Origin: a virus
Strand: one strand, 5' to 3'
IMG/VR virus record: IMGVR_UViG_3300021404_000006
Location: 32,001-96,000 of that record
DNA: 64,000 nucleotides
Made by a program: the position numbers and the translations under genes. The first letter of the stretch is position 1, and the number at the start of each line of letters is the position of its first letter. Shown piece after piece: positions 37,437-45,856 of the stretch. Under the pieces are notes generated by a model, which was given only the letters and a program-made list of their open reading frames with translations, searched no databases and was not told the origin of the DNA.

Positions 37437-37470
37437 GCAACCCCCCGGCGACTGATCGCCAGGGGGTTGC
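37437..37470 (-). terminator. GC-rich hairpin after the Ro60 gene
   Basis: GCAACCCCC-C-GGCGA-ctga-TCGCC-A-GGGGGTTGC. Confidence 0.65.
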
Positions 37471-37484
37471 CGCAGGTCAACAGT

Positions 37485-39116
37485 CTAGCTGAAGTCGCCC
37501 CGGGAGAACCCGGAAATGATATTCGGGGTGTCCGCGTCGAAGCCGGCTACGTCCAGCATGCCGGAATCGGCCGGGTCAGCGATCGTGAAGCCCGTGGAGG
37601 TCATGCCCACCACGATCAGCTTCGCGTCGATCCCCGTCTTCTGCCGGTACTGGCGCAGGGACTCGAACGGGTGCACGCTGCCTGCGTACGTCTCGTTGTC
37701 GGTGGAGACGATGAACGTGTCGTACTCAGCCTTGTTCTGGAGAGCCCAGCGCATCGGCAGGGAGCAGTCCGTACGACCGAAGTTGATGCCCCGGATGGTG
37801 CTCAGGTTGTCGTCCAGGCGGCGGCGCGGCGAGACGGCCAGGTGACGGAACGTGTCAGCGAATCCCATGACCTCGTAGTCCGGCTCGGTTGCCATCGTGA
37901 CCATGGCCATGGCCATCGCGCCTTCCGCGCAGCTGACTACGCCGCCCGGTGCAGCGCTGCGCATCGAACTGGACACGTCCATGCCGATCAGCGTGCGCAT
38001 CCCGGCCGGCTCCACGGTCCCGAAGGACGTGTAGAACGACTGGTCCAGCGTGTCCGTGATCCGGGTGCTCGGCGTCCACGTGCTGTCGCCCTTGATGCTG
38101 TGCCCGAGAGCGTACGTCTTGAGGGCGTACAGGAGCTTGACCGGGTGAACACGGCCCTTGCGGAGCTTGTCTTCGTCGGTCAGCTGGTTGATGATCTTGT
38201 CCAGCGTCGCGCCCTTGGTCAGGCCGAGGTTCGTCAGCCGGGGGAGCTGGCGGATCAGGGCGGTGATGGGCATCCCCTGGTCGATCAGCGCCTCCCAGGT
38301 TTCCGGGTAGGTCAGCGCGATGTCGGGCAGGGCCTCCCACGGCAGGCCGGGGAACTCGCGGATCACGTCGGCGTAAACGCTCTTCTTCGCAGCGGGCATC
38401 TTGGCGAGGCCCTGCACGATGTAGAACGGGTGCGCCCACTCAGGGAACACGGGGATACCGTCGCCGCCACGGAACACACTGCCGTCTCGGCCGCAGGCCC
38501 AGTCGAACAGGGCGCGCTTGTCTGTGTCCGTGGTCTTCGGGTGAACCGTGCGGAGCACGTCGCGGTGCGTCCAGTCCTGGCGCTGGCGGTACTTGATCAT
38601 CTGGTACGACAGGTCACGGGTGTTCTTGTTCAGGTACCAGCTTGCCACGGCCTTCTTGACCGACCGGCCCCAGCCGCGAAGGTGCTCGGCGTATTCAACG
38701 AAGATGAACAGGTGCGTGCCGGTGCGAACGATGTCGTTGAACACTGTTCGCGCGTAACGCTTGTCGTTGTCCGACCCGAACGCGAACACAGCCGCGAGCG
38801 CGAACAGCGCGGGGTTCTGGCGCGGCGCACGGCCGGCTACGGAGATGTCCCTGATCAGCGTAACCAGGCGAGCGCCGTTGTTCTTGGCGAAGTCGATAAC
38901 GAACGCCGCGTTCTGCCGGGTGTACTCCTGCTCCTTCTGGTAGTACGTGCCGCCGTCCGTGCCGAGGGTGAGGAACCGCTTCATCCGGTCTTCCCCTGCG
39001 ACCTCGAACACGTAGCCGCCCGCGTTGTTCTGAACCTGGTCATCGCGGCCGAAAACCTTCTCCGTCTGGGGCGTGACCGTATTCCTCGTGCGGATGCCGG
39101 AGAGTGCGTCGTTCAT
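37485..39116 (-). CDS. rsr: Ro60/TROVE-vWA ribonucleoprotein (Rsr orthologue), 543 aa
   Basis: NNAGGYVF, RFLTLGTDGGTYY, RTGTHLF, GWGR, KYRQRQDWTHRDVLR, RVHP, MIDAS DVSSSM, TDCSLPM, TDNET, GFD; ATG at 39116 with AGGAG RBS. Confidence 0.95.
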   Translation of the reverse strand: MNDALSGIRTRNTVTPQTEKVFGRDDQVQNNAGGYVFEVAGEDRMKRFLTLGTDGGTYYQKEQEYTRQNAAFVIDFAKNNGARLVTLIRDISVAGRAPRQNPALFALAAVFAFGSDNDKRYARTVFNDIVRTGTHLFIFVEYAEHLRGWGRSVKKAVASWYLNKNTRDLSYQMIKYRQRQDWTHRDVLRTVHPKTTDTDKRALFDWACGRDGSVFRGGDGIPVFPEWAHPFYIVQGLAKMPAAKKSVYADVIREFPGLPWEALPDIALTYPETWEALIDQGMPITALIRQLPRLTNLGLTKGATLDKIINQLTDEDKLRKGRVHPVKLLYALKTYALGHSIKGDSTWTPSTRITDTLDQSFYTSFGTVEPAGMRTLIGMDVSSSMRSAAPGGVVSCAEGAMAMAMVTMATEPDYEVMGFADTFRHLAVSPRRRLDDNLSTIRGINFGRTDCSLPMRWALQNKAEYDTFIVSTDNETYAGSVHPFESLRQYRQKTGIDAKLIVVGMTSTGFTIADPADSGMLDVAGFDADTPNIISGFSRGDFS

Positions 39117-39150
39117 CTGTGTCTCCTCTTTCAATCTGGCCGGGCATAGG

Positions 39151-39302
39151 TAAAGCCCTGGTGAGCGTGTTGTAGGAACCGGGAAGTGTGCTTTTATCAT
39201 GCGTCGCACTCCGCTCCCCGAGGGGAACAGGCGGGATTCAAACCCGCATTTTCTTTTGCTGAGAAAGATAACCGATTGCCTGTCCGGCTCACCAGGGCTT
39301 TA
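39151..39302 (-). ncRNA. Y RNA-like (YrlA-type) RNA, 4th in array
   Basis: 16-bp terminal stem, GAGCCGGACAGGCAATCGGTTATC motif, T-arm GCGGG-TTTGAAT-CCCGC, closed acceptor-like stem, D-like arm; next to Ro60. Confidence 0.8.
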
Positions 39303-39313
39303 ACCTGGCTGAG

Positions 39314-39452
39314 CAAGACGAACGTGTGTTCTGCACCGGGTATTTATACTGCTGCTCCATCCGCTGAGCTACCCCGGGAATTATCCCAGGAGAGGGATTC
39401 GAACCCCCGTCCTTCAGTTCCGAAGATAACCGATTGCATCCGGCTCGTCTTG
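39314..39452 (-). ncRNA. Y RNA-like (YrlA-type) RNA, 3rd in array
   Basis: Terminal stem CAAGACGAGC/GTTCGTCTTG, GAGCCGGATGCAATCGGTTATC, T-arm GGGGG-TTCGAAT-CCCTC, closed acceptor stem, D-arm TAGCTCAGCGGATGGAGC. Confidence 0.88.
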
Positions 39453-39468
39453 AAGTATTTAGTTGTAG

Positions 39469-39610
39469 CACGGCGAACATGTGATTGGCAACCGGGTCGG
39501 CTCCCTGGTGGGGGAGCTTTCTGCCCTATGCAGGCCTGGCTTTGCCCTTGCGGGGTGCCTGGCAGTGGAATCGAACCATTGATAACCGATTGGCCGTCCG
39601 GCTCGCCGTG
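39469..39610 (-). ncRNA. Y RNA-like (YrlA-type) RNA, 2nd in array
   Basis: Terminal stem CACGGCGAGC/GTTCGCCGTG, GAGCCGGACGGCCAATCGGTTATC, T-loop TGG-TTCGATT-CCA, further hairpins. Confidence 0.8.
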
Positions 39611-39626
39611 AAGCTATTGAGTTGGG

Positions 39627-39700
39627 AGGCGTGCGAACGTGTGTGTGACTACCGGGGGAATCTGCGAAGTGATAACCGATAGTCTTCCGGCTCGCTGCCT
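39627..39700 (-). ncRNA. Minimal Y RNA-like RNA (no tRNA module), 1st in array
   Basis: AGGCAGCGAGCCGGAAGACTATCGGTTATC...CCGGTAGTC-ACACACAC-GTTCGCACGCCT; same two-stem frame as the other three units. Confidence 0.75.
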
Positions 39701-39703
39701 ATG

Positions 39704-39732
39704 AGTGTACCCTACACCATTTTAGTGGCACG
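39704..39732 (-). promoter_or_regulatory. Putative sigma70-type promoter for the Y RNA-Ro60 operon
   Basis: Minus-strand TACACT (39709-39704) just before the first RNA, with a GTGCCA-like -35 about 16-17 bp upstream. Confidence 0.4.
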
Positions 39733-39750
39733 GGGTGCATCGTTTCGTAC

Positions 39751-39793
39751 AACTTCCTGGCTGCCGGATGTATTCCCCGGTCAGCCGGAGGTT
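39751..39793 (-). terminator. Hairpin terminating the secreted-protein gene and insulating the Y RNA array
   Basis: AACTTCCTGGCTG-CCGG...CCGG-T-CAGCCGGAGGTT immediately after the stop at 39795. Confidence 0.5.
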
Positions 39794-39794
39794 T

Positions 39795-40754
39795 CTAGAC
39801 GATGCCTACGCCGCCCTTGATGTAGAAGTTGTCGGCTCCGAAGTTCGACACGTCAAGGTACAGGGCACCCGTGGAGGTACCGTCCTGCGTCGATACCACC
39901 GGGGACGCGTTCCAGTCGGTGTTAGCCGCCTGCAACGGCGCACCTGCGTTGCCGTGGCTGACGTTGCCGTGGTTTCCGTAGTCGTTGGCGCTGACCTTCA
40001 CGTGCGCGAACCGCACCAGCTCGTTCGGTGCCGAATGGCTGAGCGAGCCTGCGTCAGACGCCGGGACCGGGGTGCCCGTGATGGCAGGAGCCTTGGCGGT
40101 GTCGGAGATAACGCCCGCGTCCGTCTCGGTGAAGACAGCGCCCGTGAACGCCGGCGAGACGAAGGAGCCCACCATGGCCGGGTGGTTCAGGTCAGTCGCC
40201 TGGAAGGACACGCTGTCCGCCGGGTTGCCGCTGAAGGCGTGGAACGGGTTCGACTTCATGTCAACGTCCACCGTGTCGTTCACCGGCACGTTGGTCAGCA
40301 GAGCCTTGAAAGAGAGGTTGCCCATGGCGTTAGTCGCGCCCATCGGGTTAACCACGCCGTTCTCGCACGGGTTGCCGTTCTGGATTGCAGGACCGAAGGT
40401 GCCAGTAGCGGCTACAACGTCCACCAGCCCGTTCCCGATGTTGATGTCACCGATCTGTGCTGCCTGCCCCGTGGCTTCGTCGCAGAGGCCCAGGCCCACG
40501 CCTCCGAGCACGTTCATCGGGGTGCTTACCGGCAGGTTGCTCAGGCTGCTGTTACCCGAGCTGCCGATGTAGCTGTTCTCGTGGGTGAAAGCCACCTGGT
40601 TAAGCGAGTGCGCGAACCATCCTGCGACCGCGTTAGTGCCTGCGTTGCTGTAAGTCACGGTGGAGGTAACGGCCGCGTTCGCCGTGGCGCTGAGCGAAAG
40701 CCCGCCCGCGAGCACGGCTGCGCCGGCTGCGAAAAGCCATTTCTTACTTAGCAT
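39795..40754 (-). CDS. Secreted beta-rich hypothetical protein
   Basis: Sec signal MLSKKWLFAAGAAVLAGGLSLSATANA. Confidence 0.75.
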   Translation of the reverse strand: MLSKKWLFAAGAAVLAGGLSLSATANAAVTSTVTYSNAGTNAVAGWFAHSLNQVAFTHENSYIGSSGNSSLSNLPVSTPMNVLGGVGLGLCDEATGQAAQIGDINIGNGLVDVVAATGTFGPAIQNGNPCENGVVNPMGATNAMGNLSFKALLTNVPVNDTVDVDMKSNPFHAFSGNPADSVSFQATDLNHPAMVGSFVSPAFTGAVFTETDAGVISDTAKAPAITGTPVPASDAGSLSHSAPNELVRFAHVKVSANDYGNHGNVSHGNAGAPLQAANTDWNASPVVSTQDGTSTGALYLDVSNFGADNFYIKGGVGIV

Positions 40755-40837
40755 TGCCTGCCTTCCTTAATGCTTTGCTTCCGGGGTGAACTCCGCTACT
40801 CTATCTTATCTTCCCAGAGCAGGGTGTGACTTTCCCG

Positions 40838-41236
40838 TTAACCGAGGATCTTTACGAGCATCTTGCAGTCGCAGTGCTGGGGATCAGACGCAGGCTTATC
40901 GCACCAGCCGCTGTGCTTCGGGTAATCGGGGTGCAGTTTTCCGTAGATCTTCCAGCAGGTGCACAGCTTGTCGCTGTACCAGCGGTAGCCGGGCTTGCGC
41001 GTGCCCGTGTACGAGCGGTGCCGCCTGCATCCGGTCACGATGGTGCGCCTGGCGAACTCCAGCGTCACGTCGGTCCAGCCCTCGGTAGCATCGGCGTTGG
41101 TCGCCTCCACCCTGATAGCCGTGTGATCGTGCGATCCCTTGCAGTGGGCGAACATGCCGCTCACCGCGATGCGGTTGCAGTACTGGACCTTGCCGCTCGC
41201 CTTGGTTACCTTGAAGATCCTGTCGTCCTTAGCCAC
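40838..41236 (-). CDS. Cys/His-rich hypothetical protein
   Basis: Co-oriented ORF. Confidence 0.5.
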   Translation of the reverse strand: MAKDDRIFKVTKASGKVQYCNRIAVSGMFAHCKGSHDHTAIRVEATNADATEGWTDVTLEFARRTIVTGCRRHRSYTGTRKPGYRWYSDKLCTCWKIYGKLHPDYPKHSGWCDKPASDPQHCDCKMLVKILG

Positions 41237-41477
41237 GGGTGGCCGCCGGAGGAGAGGGGTATGTCACGGGTGCCCAGTACTCTACGGAGATGTCGTCGTG
41301 GCCGCTCCAGTGATAGAAAGTTACTCCGTCGAAGTAGCCCAGGTCCGCGTTGCCGTCGCCGTCGATGATCCATACCAGCTCACCGTCTAGCTTCGAAGGC
41401 GGCCCTGTCTTGCTCTTGGCTTCGTAGTCGAACGCGCGCCACTTGGGCCGGACGTTATCCGCCGTGCACATCAGCAT
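41229..41477 (-). CDS. Hypothetical protein (DUF551-like C-terminus)
   Basis: VEYWAPVTYPSPP ending. Confidence 0.45.
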   Translation of the reverse strand: MLMCTADNVRPKWRAFDYEAKSKTGPPSKLDGELVWIIDGDGNADLGYFDGVTFYHWSGHDDISVEYWAPVTYPSPPAATRG

Positions 41478-41727
41478 TCCCGTAGTCGTATTCGTTCACT
41501 GCCTTGTCCAGGTACTTCCGTACTTCCTCAAGCGACGGCCTGACCGCGTTGAGCTGCCTGATGAATGCCCTGATGTGAGGCGGCATGTCGTTGGGAAGGT
41601 CTTCCATTCGCAGGCCGTAGCAGAAGATCAGCTCATGCACGCCGCCTTCGCAGTTAGCCTTCCATCCCAGGTCGGCGCTGTGCTCATACCGGGTCATCTT
41701 CATCTTCCTCCTTGTAGTAATACGCAT
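41455..41727 (-). CDS. Hypothetical protein
   Basis: Operon packing. Confidence 0.45.
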   Translation of the reverse strand: MRITTRRKMKMTRYEHSADLGWKANCEGGVHELIFCYGLRMEDLPNDMPPHIRAFIRQLNAVRPSLEEVRKYLDKAVNEYDYGNADVHGG

Positions 41728-41909
41728 CGAAGAAACAGCTGTTCCACTGGCCTTTGATCTCGTAGAACTCCAGGTGCGAACTAGACTGGCCCACTACCAT
41801 TTGCCGGATGGTATAAACCTTTCCTAGCTCCAGGACTTCAGCGGCTTGCGCGCGTTCTCGCTGGTAGCCAGCGTCGAACGTGACGCACTTGGCGTGGACT
41901 GGAAACATG
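41684..41909 (-). CDS. Hypothetical protein
   Basis: AGGAGG RBS before MFPVHAKC. Confidence 0.5.
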
Positions 41910-41915
41910 GTCCTC

Positions 41916-43907
41916 CTAGATATAGATTTTCTGGCCGCCGAGGAACGACCGGACGATGCGCGGATCGCGCACCAGGTCACCCAGCTGGCCCGCCTTGTTC
42001 TTCATCAGCTCGCGCCACCGTGACTCGATCGTGTTCACCGCCACGATGTCGATGATGCTCACCGGCTCTGTCTGCCCGGCACGGTGCAGCCTGTCCTCAG
42101 CCTGGTCGCGCTGCCAGAATGCCGGCGGGGACTCAAGGAAGACAGCGGTGTGGGAACGCGTGAGCGTCAGGCCCACGCCTCCGGCTACCACGTTGGCGCA
42201 CAGCAAGTCCAGCTCTCCCGCTTGAAAAGCGTGGCGCGCGGCGTCTTTCTTCTTCGCGTTAACCTGCCCGGTTATATAGGCCACGCGGTAGCCTGCTTTC
42301 TCCGCGCGAGCCCCGGCCAAGTTGACCAGCTGGGTGTGCGGAGCGAAGCACAGGATAGGCTCGCCGCCGGACTCCTCCATGATCTGCATCAGCTCATCGA
42401 TCTTCCAGCACGGCTCGCGCATGGACACCTTGTAGTGCGGGATCATCTCGCCGTAGGTGAGGCTGCCTTCCTTTTCGTCCAGCACCATCTCGATTTCGAC
42501 ATCGCACGCGGAGCTGGCCATCTGGGTTAGGCGCTGCATCTGGGCGAGAGTGGACATGACAGGCAGCGGCTCATCCGTATCCGGAATGTGAGCCAGCATG
42601 TCCGCTTCCATTTCGTCGTAGGCCTTGCGGTAAGCAGCAGGGATTTCGACGGCGCGGGTGCTGTAGGTCTTGTCAGGGAGATCGCTCAGTACATCCCGTT
42701 TCGAGATGTACCGCATCGTGCCCTGCATCATGGTGTAGAACTCCTGGCGGTTTACTGTCGTCAGGCCTTCCACGTGAGGCTTGCCGTAGTCCCGGGGCGT
42801 GCGGTCGGAGTAACGGTAGGCGTAGCGCTCCTGGTCGGGGAAGCTGCGTACGTCCAGTACCGTGCTGGCCCGCCAGAAGCCGTTCACGTCACGGGTGATC
42901 GGGGTGCCGGACATGGGGAACACGTAATCGACTACGCGCGCTATCTTCCCGGCCGCGCCTGACTGCTTCGTGGTGGTGTTGCAGAGTGCGTGCGCCTCGT
43001 CCATGACGATGGTCTTCGGGGCGAGGAAGTCAAGCAGCGGGGGCAGCACGTGCCGTTCGGAATCGATTGGCCGTATGATGCTGTAGCCCTTGGACGGCAG
43101 GATCTTAGGGCAGTCCTCGTGACGCGGCATCCTCGCGCCCTTGACGCCGGCCTTTGCCTCATCGAACTGCTTCTGTAGCCGCCTGTTCCACTCGATCCGG
43201 TACCCGCAGCGCTCACACGCGCCTAGCTCGGGAGGCTGCATGTCCTGCCGGAAGACGTGCCAGCTCATCACGTACACCTGGTAGCGGGAGCTGAGCTTCC
43301 TGCGGTTCGGTCCCTGGTAACGGGCTACCGTCCAGCCGGGGAAGCACTTGCCTATCTCTTCCATCCAGGTGCCGCAGACAGAGGCGGGAGCGACTACGAA
43401 TACGGGGAAGGGATCTAGGCCCCGCGCCTGTAGCTCCGCGATCGTCAGAAGAGCAGTAAAGGTTTTACCTGTACCCGCTGCGTCACCGAAGAAGAACCGC
43501 TTGTTCAGCGCGCCGACGTAAGCGCCGGACAGCTGGTGGGGCATCGGGGTACGGTCGATCGTACTCAGGTCGAATTTCAGGTCTTCAGGGTTCTGGTACT
43601 CCGCGAAGCGGCGCTCGAACTCGCCGGCGATCCACAGGTTGAGGTCAGGTTCCGGCCTCCACTTGAAGCCATGCCGTTCCGCGAGCGCCGCGAGCTGGGT
43701 AACCATCGCCCAGGTGAGCGGCAGCGACATCTCCCCGGTGCCGTCCTTGGTTTTCTTGGGGATAGCGGTGAGCTGGCACTTGCCCGGCAGCAGTAGTTGT
43801 CCGATCTCCCGTACCTGCCAGTCGCCGCCGATGACGCTGATCCTCATCTGGGCTTCGGAGCCTACGCGCCCCGTGAGGATTCCAACGTCGTACCGGCCGT
43901 CGTTCAT
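41916..43907 (-). CDS. SNF2-family DNA helicase
   Basis: GDAAGTGKT, VVAPAS, MDEAH, SGTP, GGVGLTL, QAEDRLHRAGQ. Confidence 0.92.
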   Translation of the reverse strand: MNDGRYDVGILTGRVGSEAQMRISVIGGDWQVREIGQLLLPGKCQLTAIPKKTKDGTGEMSLPLTWAMVTQLAALAERHGFKWRPEPDLNLWIAGEFERRFAEYQNPEDLKFDLSTIDRTPMPHQLSGAYVGALNKRFFFGDAAGTGKTFTALLTIAELQARGLDPFPVFVVAPASVCGTWMEEIGKCFPGWTVARYQGPNRRKLSSRYQVYVMSWHVFRQDMQPPELGACERCGYRIEWNRRLQKQFDEAKAGVKGARMPRHEDCPKILPSKGYSIIRPIDSERHVLPPLLDFLAPKTIVMDEAHALCNTTTKQSGAAGKIARVVDYVFPMSGTPITRDVNGFWRASTVLDVRSFPDQERYAYRYSDRTPRDYGKPHVEGLTTVNRQEFYTMMQGTMRYISKRDVLSDLPDKTYSTRAVEIPAAYRKAYDEMEADMLAHIPDTDEPLPVMSTLAQMQRLTQMASSACDVEIEMVLDEKEGSLTYGEMIPHYKVSMREPCWKIDELMQIMEESGGEPILCFAPHTQLVNLAGARAEKAGYRVAYITGQVNAKKKDAARHAFQAGELDLLCANVVAGGVGLTLTRSHTAVFLESPPAFWQRDQAEDRLHRAGQTEPVSIIDIVAVNTIESRWRELMKNKAGQLGDLVRDPRIVRSFLGGQKIYI

Positions 43908-43933
43908 GCAGTTCCTAACACTTGACGCACAGG

Positions 43934-44325
43934 TTATATTCCGAGGATGCCGCAGACGATGCAGATGAGTACGGCTATCAGGATGAGGATGAAAATAAAC
44001 ACACCGTCAGAACCTGTCGAACTGGAAAAAGAAGAACCACAGGATCATGGCCACGCCGACAATTGTCAATACTGAGAAGAATGCGATGAGAGCGGTACCC
44101 CACCAGGGCATGATGCTTCCTTAATGCTTTTCTCTGATGTGCTGATCGAGAAGGGTAGCAGCCTGGTCTTCCCAGTCGCACGGTTCGCTGACCCAATCGC
44201 ACTCGTCGCAGTCAGCAACAAAGCGCCGGGTCTCGTGAACTGGCATGATGACTCCTTTACATGTCGAAGATCGCGAACAGGCACCACGCGAGTACCGCGA
44301 CGGCGAGAATTAGTGCAGCAACCAT
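43934..44325 (-). other. Cluster of four microprotein ORFs (22, 41, 34, 22 aa)
   Basis: 44325-44257, 44246-44121, 44111-44007, 44002-43934; abutting, the first three with an AAGGA(G) RBS. Confidence 0.55.
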
Positions 44326-44354
44326 GATGACTCCTTAATGCTTGTCGAATTGAA

Positions 44355-44410
44355 GAAGGCCCCGGCCCTGGGAGCGTCATCTCACATTGTTGTGACAGGC
44401 CGGGACCTTC
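44355..44410 (-). terminator. Hairpin downstream of the SSB-like gene
   Basis: GAAGG-C-CCCGGCC...GGCCGGG-A-CCTTC with inner TCACA/TGTGA stem. Confidence 0.5.
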
Positions 44411-44428
44411 AGCTTTTAACCGCCGGGG

Positions 44429-45433
44429 TTAGCTGATCCCCTGAAGCTTAGCGAGAAGAGCTGCCTTCTCGTCGCTCATTGCCGGGGCCGGGGGCGGCGG
44501 GGGAGTGAAGGCCACCTCAGGAATCGGCGCAGCCGCAGGGGCAGTAGGCGTCGTGAGGGACGGTGCGGTCGTCGTCGGGGCCAGCACAGGAGCAGCTGCC
44601 GCAGGAGGCGCAGAAACCGTAGGTGCGGCAGGCGGGACAGGAGCCATTTGCATCACAGACGTGACGGCCGGAGCAGCAACCAGGCTCGCAGGGGCCGGAG
44701 CAGGGACAGAAATGGCCGCAGTAGGGTCCACGCTGCCTGCCGGCATTGCGTACTGGAAGTCGTACAGCTTGGTCGCGTTGAAGCCGACCGTCCTGGATGC
44801 CTGTTCCCCGGCCGATATCATGATCATCTGGGCACCCGCCTTAGGATATCCGGAAGGATCTCCGGCGGCTGTCATCGCACGCACGAGGTTATCGGTGACC
44901 GGACCCTTCTTGAGCCACAGGGAGGCAATGCCGTCAGGGAATACCTGGGTATGGGAGCCGTCACTGGAGCCGGTGACCTGGACCTTGACCACGAGCACGA
45001 GCTTGGGGCGGGTGAGGTCATCCTGCCCGTTCTTCTTGAAATACTGCAAAACGCCCTGCGGGGTCTTCTGGTGCTGCACGTCCGCGTTGGTCACGTCGGC
45101 CAGGACGGTCATCTGGAGCCAGGAACCCTGCGGCCTGTTGTTCTGGTTGAAGAACTTGCTGGTTACGGAAGGGCCGCCACCACCCGTGGGCTGGTTGAAG
45201 AAGTCTTCGAGGGTGCCGCGTGCGGCGATCTGCGGGGGAACGGCTGCCGCCTGCTGGAATCCCTGCTGAATACCCTGGGCGTGGGGAACTCCCTGCTGGA
45301 AAACAGGGGGAGCGGGAGCCGGAACAGGGGCGGGAGCCGGAGCTGCGGCGGCCTGGGTAGCGGCTATAAGGTACTGCGCAGCAGCGTTGGGGTCGATAGC
45401 GTTGAGCTGCGCGTATACGTTCTGGTCAAACAC
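44429..45433 (-). CDS. Putative ssDNA-binding protein with Pro/Ala-rich linkers
   Basis: Lies among helicase and Cas4-like genes; C-terminal KAALLAKLQG tail. Confidence 0.5.
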   Translation of the reverse strand: MFDQNVYAQLNAIDPNAAAQYLIAATQAAAAPAPAPVPAPAPPVFQQGVPHAQGIQQGFQQAAAVPPQIAARGTLEDFFNQPTGGGGPSVTSKFFNQNNRPQGSWLQMTVLADVTNADVQHQKTPQGVLQYFKKNGQDDLTRPKLVLVVKVQVTGSSDGSHTQVFPDGIASLWLKKGPVTDNLVRAMTAAGDPSGYPKAGAQMIMISAGEQASRTVGFNATKLYDFQYAMPAGSVDPTAAISVPAPAPASLVAAPAVTSVMQMAPVPPAAPTVSAPPAAAAPVLAPTTTAPSLTTPTAPAAAPIPEVAFTPPPPPAPAMSDEKAALLAKLQGIS

Positions 45434-45547
45434 GGTGCCTCATTCTGTTGTCTCGCTGGAAGATGATCTTGATTTGTCTGGATGATTTTCTCGGCTGGTA
45501 AAAGTAACAGCCAGGACTTCGCTTTTATTTCCTGTGCCTGGTACCTC

Positions 45548-45856
45548 CTAGTATACAGGTTCGGGCAGTTCTGCGAACGCCGAATCGATCTTCCCGGTTA
45601 GGTCTTCGTAACTGCTGCCACTGAACCATGCGTCGCCGCTGTGCTCACCGTAGGCACGCCACGGGTCTTCCATGGATTCCTGCCGCAAGCGCACGCGCCA
45701 CAGCACGTAGCCCCTGTATTTCTGGCCACTTCCGGATGGTATTTCCGGCTGACCGTCCGGCCGGATGGCCGGCTCAGGTGTGTACTCCATGCCGCACATG
45801 CTACCCCGCCGTACTGTCCGGACAGATGCTCTTGACAGAAATAACTCCCTGATCAA
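45548..45856 (-). CDS. Hypothetical protein (start uncertain)
   Basis: Co-oriented ORF; true start probably at MCGME/MEY. Confidence 0.4.
   Translation of the reverse strand: MIRELFLSRASVRTVRRGSMCGMEYTPEPAIRPDGQPEIPSGSGQKYRGYVLWRVRLRQESMEDPWRAYGEHSGDAWFSGSSYEDLTGKIDSAFAELPEPVY

Noticed and set aside
37431-39149. 572-aa plus-strand ORF and other long antisense ORFs
   Set aside because: Shadow frames of GC-rich genes with no recognisable motifs.
39117-39209. N-terminal extension of Ro60 given in the ORF track
   Set aside because: It overlaps the last Y RNA; ATG 39116 has a good RBS and matches the family start.
39151-39700. CRISPR array or true tRNA genes
   Set aside because: Repeats are degenerate, spacing is irregular (about 90-158 nt) and each unit folds end to end. 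The tRNA-like parts have the T-arm before the D-arm, no anticodon loop and no CCA. No cas operon is present.
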